From Neocallimastix sp. 'constans' (taxonomy: Eukaryota): a stretch of 64,000 nt of DNA. Under the pieces are notes generated by a model. It was not told where the DNA came from. It was given only the letters and a program-made list of their open reading frames with translations, and searched no databases. Of the stretch, positions 56,144 through 64,000 are shown one piece after another. The stretch lies in NCBI GenBank assembly GCA_050613775.1, contig JBODTK010000138.1, forward strand, positions 124,001 through 188,000. The letters run 5' to 3'. Position numbers and translations under genes: made by a program. How positions within the stretch are numbered: position 1 is the stretch's first letter; each line of letters starts with the position of its first letter.

Positions 56144-56341
56144 TTAAGTCATGGCTTTCAAATCCAAATTCTTTAAGATATTAGCAGAAAAAGATTGCAG
56201 TAACTGTCTAACACAAGACAGGGGTTTTGCTTTGACTAAAATTTCATTTTTATTTAAAATTTGTTGATAAAAAATAAATACCTGATTTATTCTTAAAACA
56301 AAATTCAAATAAAAATAAAGTAGAATAGAATCCAATTCCAT
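56144..56341 (-). CDS. Hypothetical 65-aa ORF in array unit 1
   Basis: ATG-to-stop ORF open in all four units; no recognisable domain. Confidence 0.25.
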   Translation of the reverse strand: MELDSILLYFYLNFVLRINQVFIFYQQILNKNEILVKAKPLSCVRQLLQSFSANILKNLDLKAMT

Positions 56342-58303
56342 TGTAGTAAATATTTCCTCTTTTCTTCTTCTTCTTATTTTAATTCATTTCCAATGGCTTT
56401 TAAAGATTCCAATGATGAGACTTTTAATTGTTTTATTTACAATAGATGTACCTTAATAAAATTTTCTTTCTTTCTTCTTTACTTGAAGTTCTTCTTTTTT
56501 CTTTTTAAATTTCTTCTTACTGTTAATTATCAAAGATATTTAATTTTTTTTTGAATTAAATTAAATAACTTTTCTAATTTTTTAAAAGTCTGAAGTTCAA
56601 AAAATTTGAAAATATTTTGTTCTTTTATACTTTTTTTCCTAAAATTCTTTTTATTAATAAAATAAAATATATATTATATAAACAAAATGTTTATATCTAT
56701 TAATTAAATATATAAATATTAAATAAGAGTTTTATTATCAGTGGTAGAGTAAATTTTTTCAAATAATTAATATTTAATATAAAATAATATAAAAAATATT
56801 TAGTGGTAAAGTTTAGTAATATTTCTATGTAATTTATATAATAATTCCATAAATTTTTTTTAAAATATTTATAAATAAAATTATATTAAATATATAATAA
56901 ATTATTAATTTCAATTTTACGTTTTTATATATGTATTATATGTACAATTTTTTTTATTTGTTTTAATAAAAAAACAGTTATAAATACAACACCATTTTAC
57001 TTATATACCGTTTGAATATTAATTTTATTAAATATGCTTATAATTATATTTATTATTTTTATTATTTGTAAATTATTCTCGTTTTATTTGAAATACATAT
57101 TTTATTCTTTAAATAATTTTATTTGTATTATTAACAAGCCATAAATACTATAAATAAGATAAAATTTATCAAACAATTTGATCTTTCTAATAAACTAATA
57201 TCTCTATTTGAAATATGTAATATATATATATTTTTATTACTATTATTAAGAAAATTTTTTAATTAAAATTCAAAAAAAAAATATTTATTTTATATTTTAT
57301 TCATTCATTCATATATTTAAATATAAAAAAGTATAAAATTTATATACTTATGCTGTATTCCTTTACTTTTTTTTATTTCCTTAGTTTTATATTATTATAT
57401 TTAAAAAAAAAAAGATATTAAAATAATTCCTATTTTTATTTATTATTACATAAAACAAAAAATTAATAAAAAAATAAACACACTTATCTTTGAATTTGTT
57501 TATAATATTTAATCTTTATTTAATTTGATTTTTTTTTTTTTTATTTTAAATACTTTTTTATTTTTTATTTTTTTTATTTTTTTATATTTTTTATTTATAT
57601 TTTAAATTAATAATAATTTTAGATAATTATTTTTTATAATTTATAATTTATTAATATTTTAACTAGTAATAATATTATATTTAAAATAAAAATATTAAAA
57701 ATAATATATAAAATGAAATATTGCTTTACATATATTTCTTTCTATATGATGATTTCTATTATTCTTAATTCAAATATATTTTACTTTTAGACATTTTATA
57801 AATAAATTTTTTAATTCATATTTTAATTTATAAAATTGAATTAAATAAAAAAAAACTTATTTTCTTTGTTTTTTTTGAATACTAGACGAATGCTAATTCT
57901 TGTATTTAAATAACTTGTTTTTTTTATTTATTTCTATTTAAAATAATAATTTTATTATTATTTTTTATTAAAATTATATTTATATTATTAATTATAAATA
58001 AATTTTTTTAATTCTTATTTTATTTTATATATATAGAATTAAAATAGAAACTTATTTTTTTTTCTTTCATTTTGAAAAGAATTCAAAACTTTAATAAAAA
58101 AAAAATAGTAAAATAATTTTTTTAAAAAAAAGAAATGATTGCTGAATTCGTCTAAATTTCAAAGAGATTTTTTTCAGTTTGTTTTTTTTTTTAATTTAGA
58201 ATATTCGAATTACATTAGGCTCATCTCATCAATGGATATTTGTTGATTTGACACTAGACAGCATTTTAAAACTTACACCTTTTTATTGCTGAAACTGTCT
58301 AAA

Positions 58304-58501
58304 TTAAGTCATGGCTTTCAAATCCAAATTCTTTAAGATATTAGCAGAAAAAGATTGCAGTAACTGTCTAACACAAGACAGGGGTTTTGCTTTGACTAAA
58401 ATTTCATTTTTATTTAAAATTTGTTGATAAAAAATAAATACCTGATTTATTCTTAAAACAAAATTCAAATAAAAATAAAGTAGAATAGAATCCAATTCCA
58501 T
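58304..58501 (-). CDS. Hypothetical 65-aa ORF in array unit 2
   Basis: Same protein as unit 1. Confidence 0.25.
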   Translation of the reverse strand: MELDSILLYFYLNFVLRINQVFIFYQQILNKNEILVKAKPLSCVRQLLQSFSANILKNLDLKAMT

Positions 58502-59519
58502 TGTAGTAAATATTTCCTCTTTTCTTCTTCTTCTTATTTTAATTCATTTCCAATGGCTTTTAAAGATTCCAATGATGAGACTTTTAATTGTTTTATTTAC
58601 AATAGATGTACCTTAATAAAATTTTCTTTCTTTCTTCTTTACTTGAAGTTCTTCTTTTTTCTTTTTAAATTTCTTCTTACTGTTAATTATCAAAGATATT
58701 TAATTTTTTTTTGAATTAAATTAAATAACTTTTCTAATTTTTTAAAAGTCTGAAGTTCAAAAAATTTGAAAATATTTTGTTCTTTTATACTTTTTTTCCT
58801 AAAAATCTTTTTATTAATAAAATAAAATATATATTATATAAGCAAAATGTTTATATCTATTAATTAAAAATATAAATATTAAATAAGAATTTTATTATCA
58901 GTGGTAGAGTAAATTTTTTCAAATAGTTAATATTTATTAAAAAATAATATAAAAAATATTTATTGGTAAAGTTTAGTAATATTTCTATGTAATTTATATA
59001 ATAATTCCATAAATTTTTTTTAAAATATTTATAAATAAAATTATATTAAATATATAATAAATTATTAATTTCAATTTTACGTATTTATATATGTATTATA
59101 TGTATAATTTTTTTTATTTGTTTTAATAAAAAACAGTTATAAATACAACACCATTTTACATATATACTGTTTGAATATTAATTTTATTAAATATGCTTAT
59201 AATTATATTAATTATTTTTATTATTTGTAAATTATTCTCGTTTTATTTGAAATACATATTTTATTCTTTAAATAATTTCATTTGTATTATTAACATGTCA
59301 CAAATACTATAAATAAGATAAAATATATCAAGCATTTTGATCTTTCTATTTAAAACTATATCTATTTTAAATATATAATATTTTTTTTTTAGTTTTTATT
59401 ACCATGATTAAGAATTTTTTTTAATTAAAATTCAAAAAAAAAAAATATTTATTTTTATATTTTATTTATTTATTAATTTAGTTAAATATTAAACTTATAT
59501 ACTTATGTTGTATTCATTT

Positions 59520-59882
59520 GCAGGCCTGAGAAGGTTGTGTGTGAATGGCAAGTTTCTTAAGAGGAGATAAGAAACATATGGTGATATTTGAAAAATTTAA
59601 TTATCCTTACTTATAGGTATTTTATGGAGCGGATGACACGTGATCGCTGATATTGTGGCTTGCAAGACTCAATTTTAAGATTATCGTAAATTGACATGCA
59701 GTAATAATACTTGGGTAAGGAGCGCCAATTCAGAGAAACTGTAAGGCAGTCCAGCAGGGAGAGCACCACCTACTAAGTAGGAAGTTAGATAAGGGCTCCA
59801 GTAATAAACCATTGTGTGTCTACAGATGTGCAGCTGGGAAAAAATCCTGCTACGGTTGTTAAAAAAAAAAAAAAAAAAAAAA
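59520..59882 (+). mobile_element. Short 5'-truncated LINE (or LINE-derived SINE) insertion with poly-A and TSD
   Basis: Absent from other units; 22-nt poly-A; TSD TGTTGTATTC(A/C)TTT; GAGCGCCAATTCAGAGAAACTGTAAGGCAGTCCAGCAGGG resembles the LINE 3' coding end at ~23880-23925. Confidence 0.88.
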
Positions 59883-60790
59883 TTGTTGTATTCCTTTACT
59901 TTTTTTACTTTCTTAATTTTATATTATTATATTTAAAAAAAAAAAAAAAAAAAAGACATTAAAATAATTCCTATTTTTATTTATTATTACACATAACAAA
60001 AAATTAATAAAAAATAAACACACTTATCTTTGAATTTGTTTATAATATTTAATCTATATTTAATTTGATTTTTTTTTTTATATTTTAAATACTTTTTTAT
60101 TTTTTATTTTTTATTTTTTTTTAATATTTTTTATTTCTATTTTAAATTAATTATTATTTTAGATAAATATTTTTTCTAATTTTTTAATTATTTTAATATT
60201 TATAAAAAGAAATATTGATTTACATATATTTCTTTTTATACTATCATTTTTATTATTATTATACTAAATATTATATTATATATATTTAAGAAATAAATTT
60301 TTATAATTCAAATTTTAATATATAAAATTGAATTAAATAAAAAAAAACTTATTTTCTTTGGTTTTTTGAATACTAGACGAATGCTAATTCTTTTATTTAA
60401 TTAACTTTGTTTTTTTTTTTTTTTATTTATTTCTATTTAAAATAATAATTTTATTATTATTTTTTATTAAAATTATATTTATATTATTAATTATAAATAA
60501 ATTTTTTAATTCATATTTTATTTGATATAAATTGAATTAAAATAGAAACTTATTTTTTTTCTTTCATTTTGAAAAGAATTCAAAACTTTAATAAAAAAAA
60601 ATAGTAAAATAATTTTTTTAAAAAAAAGAAATGATTGCTGAATTCGTCTAAATTTCAAAGATTTTTTTGATTTGTTTTCTTTTTAATTTAGAATATTCGA
60701 ATTACATTAGGCTCATCAATGGATATTTGTTGATTTGACACTAGACAGCATTTTAAAACTTACACCTTTTTATTGCTGAAACTGTCTAAA

Positions 60791-60997
60791 TTAAGTCATG
60801 GCTTTCAAATCCAAATAATTCAAATTCTTTAAGATATTAGCAGAAAAAGATTGCAGTAACTGTCTAACACAAGACAGGGATTTTGCTTTGACTAAAATTT
60901 CATTTTTATTTAAAATTTGTTCATTAAAAATAAATACCTGATTTATTCTTAAAACAAAATTCAAATAAAAATAAAGTAGAATAGAATCCAATTCCAT
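60791..60997 (-). CDS. Hypothetical 68-aa ORF in array unit 3
   Basis: Variant with an in-frame 9-bp indel. Confidence 0.25.
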   Translation of the reverse strand: MELDSILLYFYLNFVLRINQVFIFNEQILNKNEILVKAKSLSCVRQLLQSFSANILKNLNYLDLKAMT

Positions 60998-62949
60998 TAT
61001 AGTAAATATTTCCTCTTTTCTTCTTCTTCTTATTTTAATTCATTTCCAATGGTTTTTAAAGATTCCAATGATGAGACTTTTAATTGTTTTATTTACAATA
61101 GATGTACCTTAATAAAATTTTCTTTCTTTCTTCTTTACTTGAAGTTCTTCTTTTTTCTTTTTAAATTTCTTCTTACTGTTAATTATCAAAGATATTTAAT
61201 TTTTTTTTTGAATTAAATTAAATAACTTTTCTAATTTTTTAAAAGTCTGAAGTTCAAAAAATTTGAATATATTTTGTTCTTTTATACTTTTTTCCTAAAA
61301 ATCTTTTTATTAATAAAATAAAATATATATTATATAAACAAAATGTTTATATGTATTAATTAAAATATAAATATTAAATAAGAATTTTATTATCAGTGGT
61401 AAAGTAAATTTTTTCAAATAATTAATATTTATTAAAAAATAATATAAAAAATATTTAGTGGTAAAGTTTAGTAATATTTCTATGTAATTTATATAATAAT
61501 TCCATAAATTTTTTTAAAATATTTATAAATAAAATTATATTAAATATATAATAAATTATTAATTTCAATTTTACGTTTTTATATATGTATTATATGTATA
61601 ATTTTTTTTATTTGTTTTAATAAAAAACAGTTATAAATACAACACCATTTTACTTATATACCGTTTGAATATTAATTTTATTAAATATGCTTATAATTAT
61701 ATTAAATATTTTTATTATTTGTAAATTATTCTCGTTTTATTTGAAATACATATTTTATTCTTTAAATAATTTCATTTGTATTATTAACATGTCACAAATA
61801 CTATAAATAAGATAAAATATATCAAGCATTTTGAACTTTCTATTTAAAACTATATCTATTTTAAATATATAATATTTTTTTTTTTAATTTTTATTACCAT
61901 GATTAAGAATTTTTTTTAATTAAAATTCAAAAAAAAAAAAAAAATTATTTATTTTTATATTTTATTCATTCATTCATATATTTAAATATAAAAAAGTATA
62001 AAACTTATATACTTATGCTGTATTCCTTTACTTTTTTTATTTCCTTAGTTTTATATTATTATATTTAAAAAAAAAAAGATATTAAAATAATTCCTATTAT
62101 TATTTATTATTACATAAAACTAAAAATAAATAAAAAAAATAAACCCACTTATCTTTGAATTTGTTTATAATATTTAATCTTTATTTAATTTGATTTTTTT
62201 TTTTTTATTTTAAATACTTTTTATATTTTATTTTTTATTTTTTTTATATTTTTTATTTCTATTTTAAATTAATTATTATTTTAGATAAATGATTTTTCTA
62301 ATTTATAATTTATTTAAATATTTTTATTAGTTATAATATTATATTTAAAATAAAAATATTAAAAATAATATATAAAAAGAAATATTGATTTACATATATT
62401 TCTTTTTATACTATCATTTTTATTATTATTATACTAAATATTATATTTTATATATTTAAGAAATAAATTTTTATAATTCATATTTTAATATATAAAATTG
62501 AATTAAATAAAAAAAACTTATTTTCTTTGGTTTTTTGAATACTAGACGAATGCTAATTCTTTTATTTAATTAACTTTGTTTTTTATTTCTATTTAAAATA
62601 ATAATTTTATTATTATTTTTTATTAAAATTATATTTATATTATTAATTATAAATAAATTTTTTTAATTCTTATTTTATTTTATTATAAAAAGAATTAAAA
62701 TAGAAACTTATTTTTTTTTCTTTCATTTTGAAAAGAATTCAAAACTTTAATAAAAAAAAAATAGTAAAATAATTTTTTTAAAAAAAGAAATGATTGCTGA
62801 ATTCGTCTAAATTTCAAAGATTTTTTTGATTTGTTTTCTTTTTAATTTAGAATATTCGAATTACATTAGGCTCATCAATGGATATTTGTTGATTTGACAC
62901 TAGACAGCATTTTAAAACTTACACCTTTTTATTGGTGAAACTGTCTAAA

Positions 62950-63156
62950 TTAAGTCATGGCTTTCAAATCCAAATAATTCAAATTCTTTAAGATATTAGC
63001 AGAAAAAGATTGCAGTAACTGTCTAACACAAGACAGGGATTTTGCTTTGACTAAAATTTCATTTTTATTTAAAATTTGTTCATTAAAAATAAATACCTGA
63101 TTTATTCTTAAAACAAAATTCAAATAAAAATAAAGTAGAATAGAATCCAATTCCAT
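62950..63156 (-). CDS. Hypothetical 68-aa ORF in array unit 4
   Basis: Same protein as unit 3. Confidence 0.25.
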   Translation of the reverse strand: MELDSILLYFYLNFVLRINQVFIFNEQILNKNEILVKAKSLSCVRQLLQSFSANILKNLNYLDLKAMT

Positions 63157-64000
63157 TATAGTAAATATTTCCTCTTTTCTTCTTCTTCTTATTTTAATTC
63201 ATTTCCAATGGCTTTTAAAGATTCCATTGATGAGACTTTTAATTGTTTTATTTACAATAGATGTAACTTAATAAAATTTTCTTTCTTTCTTCTTTACTTG
63301 AAGTTCTTCTTTTTTCTTTTTAAATTTCTTCTTACCGTTAATTATCAAAGATATTTAATTTTTTTTTTGAATTAAATTAAATAACTTTTCTAATTTTTTA
63401 AAAGTCTGAAGTTCAAAAAATTTGAAAATATTTTGTTCTTTTATACTTTTTTTTCCTAAAAATCTTTTTATTAATAAAATATAATATATATTATATAAAC
63501 AAAATGTTTATATCTATTAATTAAAAATATAAATATTAAATAAGAGTTTTATTATCAGTGGTAGAGTAAATTTTTTCAAATAGTTAATATTTATTAAAAT
63601 ATAATATAAAAAATATTTAGTGGTAAAGTTTAGTAACATTTCTATGTAATTTATATAATAATTCCATAAATTTTTTTTAAAATATTTATAAATAAAATTA
63701 TATTAAATATATAATATATTATTAATTTCAATTTTACGTTTTTATATATGTATTATATGTACAATTTTTTTTATTTGTTTTAATTAAAAACAGATATTAA
63801 TACAATACTATTTTACTTTTATATTGTTTGAATATTAATTTTATTAAATATGCTTATAATTATATTAATTATTTTTATTATTTGTAAATTATTCTCGTTT
63901 TATTCGTTTTATTTGAAATACATTTTTTATTCTTTAAATAATTTCATTTGTATTATTAAAAGCCACAAATACTATAAATAAGATAAAATATATCAAGCAT

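Larger units (their letters stand above)
54850..64000. repeat. Tandem array of a ~2.16-kb unit (4 full units plus the start of a fifth, running off the window)
   Basis: A marker ORF recurs at 56144, 58304, 60791 and 62950 (spacing 2160, 2487, 2159; the long interval contains an insertion). Confidence 0.95.

Noticed and set aside
56411..56594. Box C/D snoRNA (ATGATGA...CTGA) in array units
   Set aside because: No terminal stem or recognisable rRNA guide, low-complexity interior, and the C box is altered in unit 4

Overview
Extremely AT-rich eukaryotic DNA with long poly-A/T runs, microsatellites and short GT-AG introns. This style is most consistent with an anaerobic gut fungus (Neocallimastigomycota); that is an inference. 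Five host genes all lie on the minus strand: (1) a secreted, very acidic repeat protein; (2,3) a segmentally duplicated pair of intronless ankyrin-repeat genes, copy B frameshifted, separated by a decayed LINE; (4) an intronless ~2114-aa protein with an RZ (RNF213/ZNFX1) zinc finger and an RNF213-like C-terminus, in which I see no AAA+ or RING motifs; (5) an 8-exon signal peptide-LRR-transmembrane receptor-like gene with one LRR per symmetric phase-2 exon. Around them are decayed Ty1/copia, Ty3/gypsy-like and LINE fragments, a Mutator-type MITE with a 9-bp TSD, a decayed DnaK/mitochondrial-type Hsp70 pseudogene, and a ~2.16-kb tandem array (4 units plus the start of a fifth) with a short LINE insertion in one unit. 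The best candidate for an undescribed system is the RZ-finger E3 with its LRR-receptor and diversifying ankyrin neighbours, which may form an innate-immunity-like locus. All calls come from manual motif reading; no searches were run.
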